From assembly GCF_018350175.1 (NCBI RefSeq), contig NC_058369.1, positions 10,914,001 through 10,978,000 on the forward strand: a stretch of DNA of 64,000 nucleotides, in the 5' to 3' direction. The notes under the pieces are model-generated. The model saw nothing but the letters and a program-made list of their open reading frames with translations. It had not been told where the DNA came from and did not search any database. A program made the position numbers and the translations under genes. Source of the DNA: Felis catus. Its lineage: Eukaryota. Below, one piece after another: positions 1 through 11,020 of the stretch. The first letter of the stretch is position 1. Every line of letters starts with the position of its first letter.

Positions 1-334
1 CCCCGAGGGACTGTGACGACCAGCAATCTCGTTGCTTCTGGCAGCTTTGCACCTGACCACCTCCCCTGATGCCCAGCAAAACTATGTGAGAACACATTTA
101 CCTCCTCCCAAAGACGAAAGTGCTGAAATCTTCCTAATGTCAAACACCTTACATATGGTGGGCCCAAGGGAAAAAATGGCAAGAGGATAAGCCAACACTT
201 CACAAAAGGAAGCACACACGATTGGCTGCAAGGTGCACAGTTACAAGGTCAACCACGGAAGACTTTGCTTTCACTTGGGCAATTCTTCTTCATGGGGGCT
301 GACAGCAGGTGACAGCAGCCCTGTTATCCCCTTT

Positions 335-590
335 CTCTTTTTAATGTTTATTTCTTTGAGACAGAAGGAGCACAAGCAGGGGAAGGAGAGAGGGAGAAAG
401 CACAAGCAGGGGAGGAGGGAGAGAGAGAGAGAGAGCAAGCACACAAGCAGGGGAAGGACAGAGAGAGTCCCAAGCAGGCTCCATGCTGTCAGCACAGAGC
501 CCAACAAGGGGCTGGATCTCACGAACGGTGAGATCTGAGCTGAGCTGAAACCAAGAAGGTCTCTTAACCCACTGAGCCACCCAGGCGCTC
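335..590 (-). mobile_element. Can-SINE (tRNA-derived carnivore SINE) with internal triplication in the CT-rich region
   Basis: Reverse complement reads GCGCCTGGGTGGCTCAGTGGGTTAAG, then a (CT)n region and an AATAAA-type tail; the motif CACAAGCAGGGGA occurs three times (371-455). Confidence 0.9.
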
Positions 591-1599
591 ATCTCCCATC
601 CCTATGTGATGTCCTCTCATCGATACTCTTGGACTCTGGGTATTAGTCTCTTTTTCACAAACCCAAGGGGCACCTCGAATCCTCATTCTGTATGTCAGCC
701 AGTGGACAGAGGCTTCCCCAGACCATGCTCTGTAAATGCTCCCGACATCACGACAGTCCAGTTTTGTACCAAAACTTGTTTCATGTGATTATGCTTGACC
801 GCATGATGCCATCCATATATTTATATTATTGTTCTCTGTCCTTGGTGCTACACAGAAACATACGCTAGTGAAGGGATTTCACCTTCTTTGTTCACAAGGT
901 TTAATTTCCGTTTAGTTGGAAAAGGTTGAATTGGTATATAACAGCTAGAATAAATGAATATCTAAACCAGTGCTGGCAGCAATGGATATCTATCTGGAAG
1001 AATATGCAACTGGTCGCCTCCTCAGACACTTCACGAAAATTCAGAGGGATTATGACCCCAGTGTAAGCGTAGCCATACAATATAGCAGAACATCAAGGAA
1101 ACTACATATAACATTCACAGGTGAGCAAACCCACTAAATAAAGCCATAATCTCAGAAGTAAGAAGATAGATTTATTTAAATAAAATTAAAAAATTTTATG
1201 ATCCAAATATGTTGCAAAAATCAATTGAGAAACAATGATCTCAGGAAATCATTTGAAATGCTGATAGTGTTGTAAAAATAAAAGAGAGAGAGAGAGAGAG
1301 AGAGAAACCTATGGGCATATAATAATAATAAAACCAATCAGAATGGTCATCAAACATATGACCTTGGCTGAAACTGAGGGATAGTTTAGGAAAATAACAA
1401 GATTTAGGAAAATAACAAGAACTGTCTCCTTCACCCAGCAGCCTGGAAAAGAACTTACAGGGCTGTTACGTTGTTTGTGGTTGAAACTTTCCAATAGGAG
1501 CCAAAGGGTTATTCTGAATTTCTTGGGGTAAGAGTAAGTGTGACAAGGTTGAAGGCAGAACCTGAAAGCGGCTGTATTACAGATACTGATATTCTTTCA

Positions 1600-1785
1600 C
1601 CAGGAGTTTCCCAGTCTCTGCACCCATCCTGCCCAGAGCCTGCCCTGTGGTGGGGAGCGTCCTGGGCCCTGTAAGATGTTCAGAGCATCCCTGACCTCTG
1701 TGCACCCCTCTCCAGCGTGACAAAGTGTCTCCAGACATTGATCAATGTCCCCCGGGGGACAAAATTACACCTGATTAGAACCACA
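1600..1785. mobile_element. hAT-Charlie MITE remnant (MER3/MER20-like)
   Basis: Typical TGTCTCCAGACATTG...AATGTCCCC.GGGGACAAAATT...GAACCAC motif. Confidence 0.65.
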
Positions 1786-2057
1786 CATTGAATTTAACAA
1801 TCTCAACATATTTTTTCTAGCATGCCCATAATAGCAATTGAATGAAAAAGAATAAGAAAGCTCTTCAAGAGTGTGAATGGCACTCCCTCTGAAACTGACA
1901 CAGCCACTGAATAAATACATGAATTACTTAATTAAGCAAACAAACACAGTGACCATTTGCCCTGGGCTAAGTTGGATTGGCTCTCAAGTGGTGACAGTTA
2001 ATGATCTTGGCTTCCATTCTCTCTGACCCTCTCACCCACGGTCCACTGCGCTGTTGG

Positions 2058-2400
2058 ACTCACCTGGCTGGGGTGTCTGACGGGAAGGTCTCCTTGTGGA
2101 AGCCTGAATGCCTCCCTGGATAGCAGATGATAGGGACTAAAGCTCTGCCCTCACCTGAGACTGCAGGAGGCAGTGAAACATCAGTCCTCAGCCAGACTAG
2201 GATTCAGAACAAACAGAAAAGCATGCCCCTTCCTGTGCAAGGTTGCACAGGCTGACAGACAGGAGACCAGGAGGTATTTAAAGGTCCCTGTGTGTGCTCA
2301 TTAGATATATTCCTTCTTCTTACTCCAGCACAGTTCCCAAGCGGAACACTTTTGCACACAAAGGAAATTTCTCTAATGAATCATGTTCCCAAGAGACCAG
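2058..2400 (-). promoter_or_regulatory. OR promoter and non-coding first exon of an OR gene whose coding exon lies left of the window
   Basis: Homologous to 13947-14290 and 59932-60275; minus-strand donor CAG|GTGAGT (2066-2058), homeodomain site TAATGAG (2303-2297), O/E-like TTCCCAAGAGA near 2386. Confidence 0.7.
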
Positions 2401-3014
2401 TTTAGAAGAGACCAGTTTAGAAGTAGTGAATCCAGTTGGGTTTTCTTTACTCTTTTCCTTGAACTTGCCTCCCTCCTGGTGAGTAAATCTCCCAGCACCT
2501 TATCTCAGCTCCCAGTTACAGTTTGCTCCAGGTCTGAGACTGAGGGATCCTGCCTGGACTAGGTCTCTTTATCTTCAAAGCATTGACTTGTGGTGGGGAC
2601 CCAGCTATCTCCAGACGTGTTTAGTCTTCTCTTAAATGAGGTGGAGAACTCGGTTCTTCTGATAATAAACCTTGGGCACTACGCACGTTGGGTTCAAGAT
2701 ACGTTTGCCATCGCAATTAGGAATTTTTTGCTTTATCTCAAGCTAAAAGCTGTCAGTCCCGCTTATAAAGGCCTTGTTAATTATAAGAGGTATACTTAGG
2801 TCTTTGCACATGCCATCACCTGTATCGAGCATTTACAGGGAATGTTTAATTCAATGTTCTGTAAACGTGTCGTCCCTGAGAAACTCCATTTCTAAACTCC
2901 ATTCTCCAGGCGGGAATGGGCTTGGCGGCATCTAGTGATCTGCCCGAAGTCAGTGCTCGAGGATGTGGGCCTGGAGTGGGATTCTGTCGGGATGCTTCTA
3001 GTTCTCAAGCTTGG

Positions 3015-3350
3015 GGGCAGTGGTTCTCGACCAGAAATGAATTTCCCCCCGGGGATGTCTGGTGACGTCTGAAGGGATGCTGCTAAACACCTCGTCCACA
3101 AGAAAGCAGCCTCCAAAAATAGACTTAAGCTGTCCCAAAGGTCTGGTGTAACAAGTGAGAAAACCTATTCCAGACCAGCCCTTCTCCAACCTCACATGCT
3201 CTACAAATGTTTAGGAATCCACACGGATCCTGCTGCAAATGCAGCATCTGAGTGATAGTCCCCGGGTGGCCCAGAGCTTCTGCATTTTTGACAAGCTCTC
3301 ACTTGTTATTTATGTGCAAGTTCCAGTCCGTGTACCACTTTTTGGTTAGC
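3015..3350. mobile_element. MER20/MER5A-like hAT-Charlie remnants
   Basis: CAGTGGTTCTC terminus and CTGCATTTTTGACAAGCTC motif; also present in the paralogue at ~60888-61215. Confidence 0.55.
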
Positions 3351-3879
3351 AAGGGTGTGATCCTGTGTTAGAGACAGATGTAGGTAGTTTTAGAGATCTC
3401 CTATACAAAAAATCATCGTTGCATGTAATTTGGAGGGAATAGTGTATCCCTCCTTCTGGAGGCTGTGTCAATTCTGTGTTTGTTTCTTTTATAGGCAGGC
3501 ACTAGTGTGACACGAAATAATACACCCGGGTTTTGTTTTTTTCGTGTGTCTATTATTTTGTAATAGTTTTAGTACAGTTGACACACAAGGTTACAACAGT
3601 GGGAGGTGCGGGCTTCCAGTCATGGGACGAATAAGCCATGGGAATAAAAGGCCCAGCATAAGGAATGCGGTCAATTTATTGTAACGGTGCAGCCCGGAGA
3701 CAGACAGTAGCTGCTCTCATGGTGACAGAGCATAATGTATAAACTAGTCAAATCACCTGAAAACAATACACTTTTGAAAAAGACTTTTTAGAAGACAGAG
3801 GAGGAGCCTCCCAAGCAGGTCCACATCCTAATCAGTGCTTAGGAACATGGTATTTTCTAGAGCTCAGGGAATCAAGGTA

Positions 3880-4275
3880 GGAGACTGAACAGGGCTGCCA
3901 ATCAGCTGCCATTCAGATACAACGATTAGCTGTGATTGTCCAGGTGGCACTAAGGTAGTCACGGCAGTCCTCCAAATGTTGAGGAGGGAGTCAAAAGAGT
4001 TGGTGTCAGAGAGACTTTGAAACTGCTACCCTGTCGGCTCTGAAGGTGGAGGGAGAGCCATGACCAAAGAATGCAGGAGACCGGCGACAGAGACTGGAAA
4101 TGGAAAGGAAACAGATTCTCCTCTGAGCCTCCAGAAGGAACTCAACTCTGCAGACTTCTTGCTATTAGCCCGATGAGACTCCTTCTGAGCTCTGACTCCA
4201 GAACTGTAAGGGTGTGTATGTTTTAAGCAGCTAGTGTGGAGATATTTTACAGCAGCGGTAGGAATCTCATACTGA
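3880..4275 (+). mobile_element. MaLR LTR (MLT1-like)
   Basis: GGAAAGGAAACAGATTCTCCTCTGAGCCTCCAGAAGGAA...CCAGAACTGTAAG...TTTTAAGC...CAGCAGCGGTAGGAA signature. Confidence 0.75.
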
Positions 4276-4727
4276 CATAGTCAATACAATTATTTGAGGA
4301 AACTGAGTTTAAGACTCTGAATTCAGTCATCATCTTCCCCGGGAAAAGGTTATTTGACATGTGAGGAACCCACAGTAAGTAGGAAAAAAATGAAATTGAT
4401 TTGGATTTATTCTGCCCCATCAGCTGGTACAGTGATTTCCTCGGGGTAGAAATGTGAGTGTCGTCTGACTACAAGGCCTTTAAGGCTGCAAGTCCGGAAA
4501 AGGAATGAACCCATGATCAAAATTAAGGTCACCCTTTGTAATTTAAGATTTTGTGTCTGTATTTCTGCATCCTTTTATTTCATGTTAATTCAACCATTCA
4601 TCTGTTCAGTGCTATCCTCTCCAAGGGTGTCTCACACCTCCTTTCAACATAAAAGATGAAATCACAAGTCATCTGTGTGTGTACATGTGTGGTGAGTGTG
4701 CTTATTTGAAAGAAAATTGGATATAAA

Positions 4728-4768
4728 CACACACACACACACACACACACATACACACACACACACAC
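4728..4768. repeat. (CA)n microsatellite
   Basis: Direct inspection. Confidence 0.95.
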
Positions 4769-4927
4769 GACAAACCTTTTACCCTCAAATGATTTCTCTG
4801 AGTTACAAAGGAAGTTCCACACATGTTATTCATCCTCACGACCTCCACACGGTTCAGTATGCCATTCTGCCTTCAGAAATAAGGAGACTGAGGCTCAGGA
4901 TGCTTCAATTTTAGAAAGTACCTAACA

Positions 4928-5075
4928 TCTTGGGATCAAGGTCCCACGTCAGGGCTGATAGCATGGAACCTGCTTGAGATTCTCTGTCTCTCCTCTCTGC
5001 CCCTCCCCTGCACTTTCTCTCTCCCTCTCCTTCTGTCTTTCTCTCTCTCTCAAAATAAATAAATTTTAAAAAAAA
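4928..5075 (+). mobile_element. 5'-truncated Can-SINE
   Basis: GCTGATAGCATGGAACCTGCTTGAGATTCTCT, (CT)n, CAAAATAAATAAA; absent from the paralogous block B'. Confidence 0.8.
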
Positions 5076-6283
5076 GAAATTACCCAGTAAAGCACTTCAA
5101 GGTTATGTGACAGTCTTAAATTATACACAACAAGAAACTTGAAATATCTACTGTTCGTTTGCATGCAGCTCCTTTAATTCACCAAAGTATACACTTTACA
5201 TATGCAGGTTGTAGTGTGTAATTACACTCTGATGATTTAATTCGGTGGAAAAAAAATCTGATGGTGCATGGGTAAGGGTAGGATCCAGAGCACAGGTAGC
5301 GGATTCTCACTTAAGAGGATCAGGAGATACCACTTCTAACGGGGCGGAAATCATTAGTATGGATATACAAACAATGGAATTAAATTTAAGTAAACCACAT
5401 GAGAAAGAAACTTGTTTCTGTAATAGAAGAAGATTAACCTCCATATGGGAACCGTATCTGACCATAAATTGGTTGAAGACAGAAGAGCACTACAGCCAAG
5501 CCCAACACCAGGCATGAGCCTTAGAAACACAATGTAGAGACTCACACCTGACCCCAGACCCACGAGGAGCCCAGCAGAGATCAGAAACACTCCCCCGCAC
5601 ATGATTCCATTTGATTGTAAAAGTATTATGATATGTTATTTGACAAGGACCGCCTGGTATACAGCAGTAGCTGACTGACACAATAACCCAAGCGAACGGA
5701 CCTTAGACACTTAGAAGATGTGCTGATTTTTATTTGTGGCAAATGATCTGACGTTGAGGAGAGCACTCATGATCGTTCTGTGATTCGAGTTTATTTCCCA
5801 CGACGTTACGAACAAGTGGGCTCCCTTCTGGGTAACTGGGAGAGTTTGAAGGACATGCACATTTGTGCAGAACAACTGGGGACCCTGAGCCACATGCCAG
5901 CAGGACATCCAGCTCTCATGTGAAGCATCCTCTGGTCGTGCAGGTGGGAGCGATTTCAGAGGGGGACGGAGGCATGAAATGGATGGGGCTGATACTGTTC
6001 ATTTGCCATCATTTGTGACAAATACTGGGAAAAGGAACCTATTTCATGCGACGGTAGGAAGACTCATGATAGTAGGTAGCGTTGCAAAGCTTTCACAAGA
6101 AACGGGAAGCGAATTCGGAGATAAAACAGAAGACACTAAGCAACCCCTTACCTCAGTGAACAAACCACCTCAGCTGTGGACAAAAGCCTCCATGCTTCAA
6201 TAAATAGAGGCAGCGCATGAAAAAGAAATATTTTGCATAGGAACACAATGGGTGTTTTGCTTCCTCGGGTTTATGGTCTCCTC

Positions 6284-6421
6284 TGACACCAAGAACATAT
6301 TAGACCAATCTGTTTATTCCAATTTGTGTTTCCATGTTGACTCCAGGGGAGGTACATATTTGCTCATCAGTTTTTGCCAGTGGCTATGATAGGCCTCTGG
6401 ACGCTGGGCTGAATAACAGAA

Positions 6422-6460
<39 letters not shown>

Positions 6461-7345
6461 CGAGTCCAGTTATGAGACACAGAAGCATGTTTGTACAGGA
6501 ATTGCCTGACATTAGGCTTTTGATTTCTGAGGCATCCATTTCAAAGACCACCGTTCATATTAACACATTGCCAGGCGTATGACTCAGTTACTATACAAAC
6601 ATGCAGGCCCCCCTCCCACAAATCCCCCCATTAGAAAGCCCTGGTAATCTAGGTAACAACTGTGAGTGACCCCGCTTTTCCCGTTCGGTGGCCACATTCC
6701 GTTACTGGGCTTTTTGTCTGGTTTTTGCTGTTGTTATTTTTGAGTACTGGGGGATAATATTTTATTATTCTTTTTCTTTAACTGTTTACATGAGCATAGT
6801 TGACACACGATGTTACCTTAGTTTCAGGTCTGCAATACAGTGATTCAACTTCTCTGTACTTTATGCGGGGCTCACACAGGTGTACTGACACCTGTCCCAT
6901 TACCGCTAGTACATCATCGATGACTATGTTCCATACACTGTGTCTTCCATTCTCATTATTGATCATTCCATAACTCCGTTCCACCTCTCTTTCCCCCATG
7001 TGCCCCGTCCTCAAACTCCACTCATGTTTTAAATTAACCATAAAAACTAAGCCCAGAAACCCATAGCCACTGCACCCATGGACCCCCCCATAAAAGTCAG
7101 ATCCTTCAACAGTGTTCTCTCTCCGTCCCTGTCAAAGTCCCTCTCCCTCTCTGAAACCTCCCCAAATGGCCTTTGGGCATCCCGTGTGCCCTCCAACACA
7201 CATGAGAAATAAACCTTGTGTTTTTAGAGTCCTCCGGGGGGTGTTGCTGAGGTGTGTCTTGTGACCAAAATAAGAACCCAAAGGCCAGGGCAGTCACAGC
7301 ATAGGCTCTGGTCAGGGAAACACTTGGGGGAATGTCCACAAGCAC
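6284..7345 (+). mobile_element. Probable old LTR shared by both duplicated blocks, interrupted by an L1 3' fragment at ~6770-7030
   Basis: TATA-like CATAAAA (7089) and AATAAA (7208) in LTR-like order; homologous to ~58328-59060; boundaries uncertain. Confidence 0.4.
6421..6461. repeat. (AAC)n microsatellite
   Basis: Direct inspection. Confidence 0.95.
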
Positions 7346-7950
7346 AAGGCCATGTGCAAATGCCTGGGGTATCCTACCTAAGCATTGGTGTCAATAGCCT
7401 GAGGCTTAAATGGACCCCTGCTAGAGTCCACATCGTCAAAGAGTTCTTAAGGAAGGGACTTAAAAGGGATTGACAGACTCCAGGTGAAAGCAGAGGTTTT
7501 GTATTTCCATCTACAATAAAATTGTGTCGAGGGCCTAGGGGCCAAGTGCAGTGTTTTTCCACATGAAGAACCCACCTTGGGATTATTCTTTGGGGAAAAT
7601 TAGGGAAAATTTATGTGGCATGGTAGAAATCATTTGAAATGGAATTATTTTCAAGGAGACCAACTTGCCCATCGTAAGATACAGAAATTTCCAAGCATTT
7701 GTGATCTAAGGTTGGGGAAAACATTGGGAACACATGAAAATGAACAAAGGTGAAATAGTGTATCAGACAGAGCAGAAGCTTGATAAAGGGAGTTTCTTAA
7801 ATATATGGAGAAGTTGGATTCAAACAAATGGAAATTCCAGGAAATAAATAGAAGGAACAGATTCTACTTCCACAGTCTGATCAAGGAATAGCTCTGAGGC
7901 TCTGAGCCTCGCAATCATGGGTATGTCTCCAGCCCCAGGACTATTGGCCC

Positions 7951-8883
7951 TTACATTGCTGGAACCCCAACGATTCTCTTCAGAGCCCTCTTTATGTCTC
8001 TGTTCCTCAGGCTGTAGATGAAGGGGTTCAGCATGGGCGTGACCACTGTGTACATCACCGAGGCTGTGACACTTGAGAGTGAGCTCTGGGTAGCAGCAGA
8101 GCTGAGGTACACTCCTAGGCTTGTACAAAAAAATAAGGAGACAACGGAGAGGTGAGACGCACAGGTGGAAAATGCTTTATACTTGCCCTGAGCTGATGAG
8201 ATCCTACGTATGGAGGAAACTATCTTAGAATAAGAGTACAGGACCCCAGCCAGGGAAGCACCACCCAGCAGCACAGCTGTAAGATATATCACCATGTCAT
8301 TAAGAAAGGTGTCAGAACAGGCAAGCTGGAGCATCTCATTGAGTTCACAAAAAAAGTGGGGGACATGCAAGTGTGTACAGAAGGACAGCCACAACATCAT
8401 TAAACTTTGTAACAAGGAATTCAGGACACACATGATCCAGGACACCAGAACAAGCAGCCCACAGAGCCGGGGGTTCATGATGACCGTGTAGTGTAGGGGG
8501 TGACAGATGGCCACGAAGCGGTCATAGGCCATCACAGTCAGAAGAAAGAATTCTAATCCTGCAAAGTGTATGAAAAAATACATCTGTGTGATGCAGCCTG
8601 CATAGGTTATGACTTTGCTCTGAGTCCGGATGTTCCAGAGCATCTTCGGGACAGTGGTGGAGATGAAGCAGATGTCCGAAAAGGACAGGTTGGCCAGGAA
8701 GAAGTACATGGGCGTGTGGAGGTGGGAGTCAGAGCTGACGGCCAGGAGGATGAGCAGGTTCCCAAACACAGTTATCAGGTACATGGAGAGGAAAAGCCCA
8801 AATATGAGGGGCTGTAATGCTGGTTCCTCTGAAAATCCCAGAAGAAAAAATTCTGAAATTTGTGTATCATTTCCTGGTTCCAT
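7951..8883 (-). CDS. Intact olfactory receptor, family 7 subfamily A-like (310 aa, [12 protein letters not shown]...IVGVPAM)
   Basis: Uninterrupted ORF with OR motifs [56 protein letters not shown] and an N-terminal NDT sequon; N-terminus resembles human OR7A5/OR7A17; polypyrimidine-TAG acceptor at 8898-8897 just upstream of the ATG at 8883. Confidence 0.96.
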   Translation of the reverse strand: MEPGNDTQISEFFLLGFSEEPALQPLIFGLFLSMYLITVFGNLLILLAVSSDSHLHTPMYFFLANLSFSDICFISTTVPKMLWNIRTQSKVITYAGCITQMYFFIHFAGLEFFLLTVMAYDRFVAICHPLHYTVIMNPRLCGLLVLVSWIMCVLNSLLQSLMMLWLSFCTHLHVPHFFCELNEMLQLACSDTFLNDMVIYLTAVLLGGASLAGVLYSYSKIVSSIRRISSAQGKYKAFSTCASHLSVVSLFFCTSLGVYLSSAATQSSLSSVTASVMYTVVTPMLNPFIYSLRNRDIKRALKRIVGVPAM

Positions 8884-10087
8884 GTGCTGGAGGTGACTAC
8901 CAGGGAACAAAAAAATAGCATGACTAATTTTCTCAATAATGAACATTGCAAATATCGTTGAAATTCTACAATTTATATTGTATTCAAAGGATCAATTTCC
9001 ATAGGTTTTTTATAGAATTTTTCCCCTCTCAGGGAAAAATCTCCTCCCCTCCCCATGCCAGCTCTAACTAAGACTTCACATCCCCCAGTTAGCTTTTTCC
9101 CCATCTACTCATCTATTATATATTTTTAATGAGAAATTCTGAAATCTGTCACGCGTTTGAGGAATAACCTTGAGCACTAGTCAGTGCACCTTCACGCAAA
9201 GTGTATAAGTGTCTAGAAACAAAAGCCTGGAGGGTTCAGTGATGGAGAAAGGGGATAAGCAAATAAAGACCAGATAAAATATCAGGGGTGACAGGTGCCG
9301 TGAAGAAAAACAAAGCCTGTGTAAAGGGAAGCGTGGATGGAGGGATGGCTCTTCCTGGTTGTTCGGGCACACCGGCACACATGTAAACAGAGCCCTCGAG
9401 GAGACAGGAGACACAAGGTCCTCTGGGGAAGAGCGTGCCCATCGGAGGGAACTATGAGTGCGACGGCTCTGAGGAAAGACGTGGGTTTTTCTAAATTAAG
9501 TTTTTAAAGCCTGAGGGTGGTCGACACACCAGGTCACATTAGTTTGGGGGGCGCCACACAGTGATTCAACAAGTGTCAACATCACGCCCTGCTCACCAGG
9601 CATGGAGCTGCCATCTGTCACCACACAGCCTGTGATAGCATCACTGACAATATTCCCTCCGCTGGGCCTTTACCTCCTTTGAGTCTCCCCTTCCTGAACA
9701 TGGAAGGAATTCCTCAACCAGAAGCCAGTGTCTCCCACTCCCCTTCACCATCCTGCCTTTTGTTGTTTGCATATTGTGTTAAAGACCCAGGCTCAAAAGA
9801 AAGCCAGTGTGTCCAGGGGAAGGAGTGAGAGGAAGACTGATGAGAGGTGGTGGCAGGGAATGTGGAGGAATGAGGTGGCCTCCCGGACACCGATGAAACT
9901 TCCCGGCACAAGGAACCCTTCCTTCACATGGTGTTCCTGCACTTTATTAATTTCGTTTCCAAGGAATCTTTGAATAGAAACAGGCACCCTTCTTATATTC
10001 ATTGTCAGTACTAACCTGGCACCTGTATTTTAAGGGTCGCGTACTGGAAGTATGGGTTCCAGGACCTCTGTCTTGAGACCTGCTCAT

Positions 10088-10097
10088 CACACACACA

Positions 10098-10141
<44 letters not shown>
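10088..10141. repeat. (CA)n microsatellite
   Basis: Direct inspection. Confidence 0.95.
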
Positions 10142-10143
<2 letters not shown>

Positions 10144-10799
10144 CTCTATAGCCTCCTTGGACCATGTCACAACCAGACTATTCTCACCTCCAGTCGCAAT
10201 AATTAGGCAAACAATGATACAAGGCAAGCTGTGCAATATCAGATTGTCTTTCCTATAAATTGCAAAAACATCCGAATTCTAGTAGTTAAGTCTCCCGTGA
10301 GCATGTCGATATGGGTCTCGAATTTAAGGTGATCATTTTGTGTCCAGTATTTACAGAAACATAAAAATCAAATTCAAAAACTAAGAACAAGACAAGTGGG
10401 GAGAGCGATCTAATGAGCTCAGGTGGCCCCTGGTGATGATGACGAGAAAGTGTCCCTGTTTCTGGCGACACCCCAACCCCAGGTACATCTCCTTGATGCC
10501 CAGAATAATAAAGCGGCAAAAAGCAATTTATCCAAAAGAAAAAGTAGGAATGTTTTCATGTTACCAAGACATCCCACCAGAATAACAAGGGAAGACACCC
10601 ACAATTCACAAAAGGAAATACACAGGGTACAAGAAAAGTGGGGGATTTTAGAAAATTATTTGCTAAAGAACAACTTTTCTAAATGATATAAAATGCTAAA
10701 CTTTTACAATCAGAAACCGGTTTTGAATCGGGGATCTCCACACGTTTGCTATTTGGACTTGGAGAACCAGCCAAACTATTCTTTTTCTTCCCCCTGTAA

Positions 10800-11020
10800 A
10801 CTCTCGTCAGGTAACATACAGTGTAATATTGGTCTCAGGAGCAGAATTCAGTGATTCATCACTTACCACACCCAGTGCTCATGGCAGCAATTGCCCTCCT
10901 TAATCCCCACCACCCATCTAGCCCATCCCCACCCACCTGCCTCCATCAACCTTGAGTTTGCTCTCTACCCCTATGAATCTCCTGTGGTTTGTTTCCCTCT
11001 CTTCTCTTCCCCCACCTTCC
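10800..11020 (-). mobile_element. Carnivore L1 3' UTR fragment
   Basis: CCCAGTGCTCAT...GCCCTCCTTAAT...CACCCATCTAGCCCATCCCC motif. Confidence 0.8.

Larger units (their letters stand above)
2040..4235 (+). repeat. Segmental duplication block A (paralogue of 59916-64000)
   Basis: Collinear near-identity, e.g. ORF 2590-2799 vs ORF 60450-60632 and 3940-4233 vs 63730-64000. Confidence 0.9.
4518..8191 (+). repeat. Segmental duplication block B (3' flank plus 3' end of the intact OR; paralogue of 54950-59915)
   Basis: Collinear similarity, e.g. 5810-5990 vs 57580-57780 and 7951-8191 vs 59675-59915. Confidence 0.9.

Noticed and set aside
2590..2799. Similar ORFs at 2590-2799 and 60450-60632 suggesting a conserved small gene
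   Set aside because: Both start at GTG and their ends differ by frameshift; the similarity is explained by the segmental duplication
8294..8896. Antisense ORFs overlapping the OR genes (MFQSIFG...[13 protein letters not shown]), repeated at 24239, 37360 and 47911
   Set aside because: Shadow frames of OR coding sequence; no independent evidence
8884..8946. 21-aa N-terminal extension ([21 protein letters not shown]) of the intact OR, and similar extensions at 37214 and 48176
   Set aside because: The upstream start lies 5' of a conserved polypyrimidine-AG acceptor, so it is intronic; family homology begins at MEPGND
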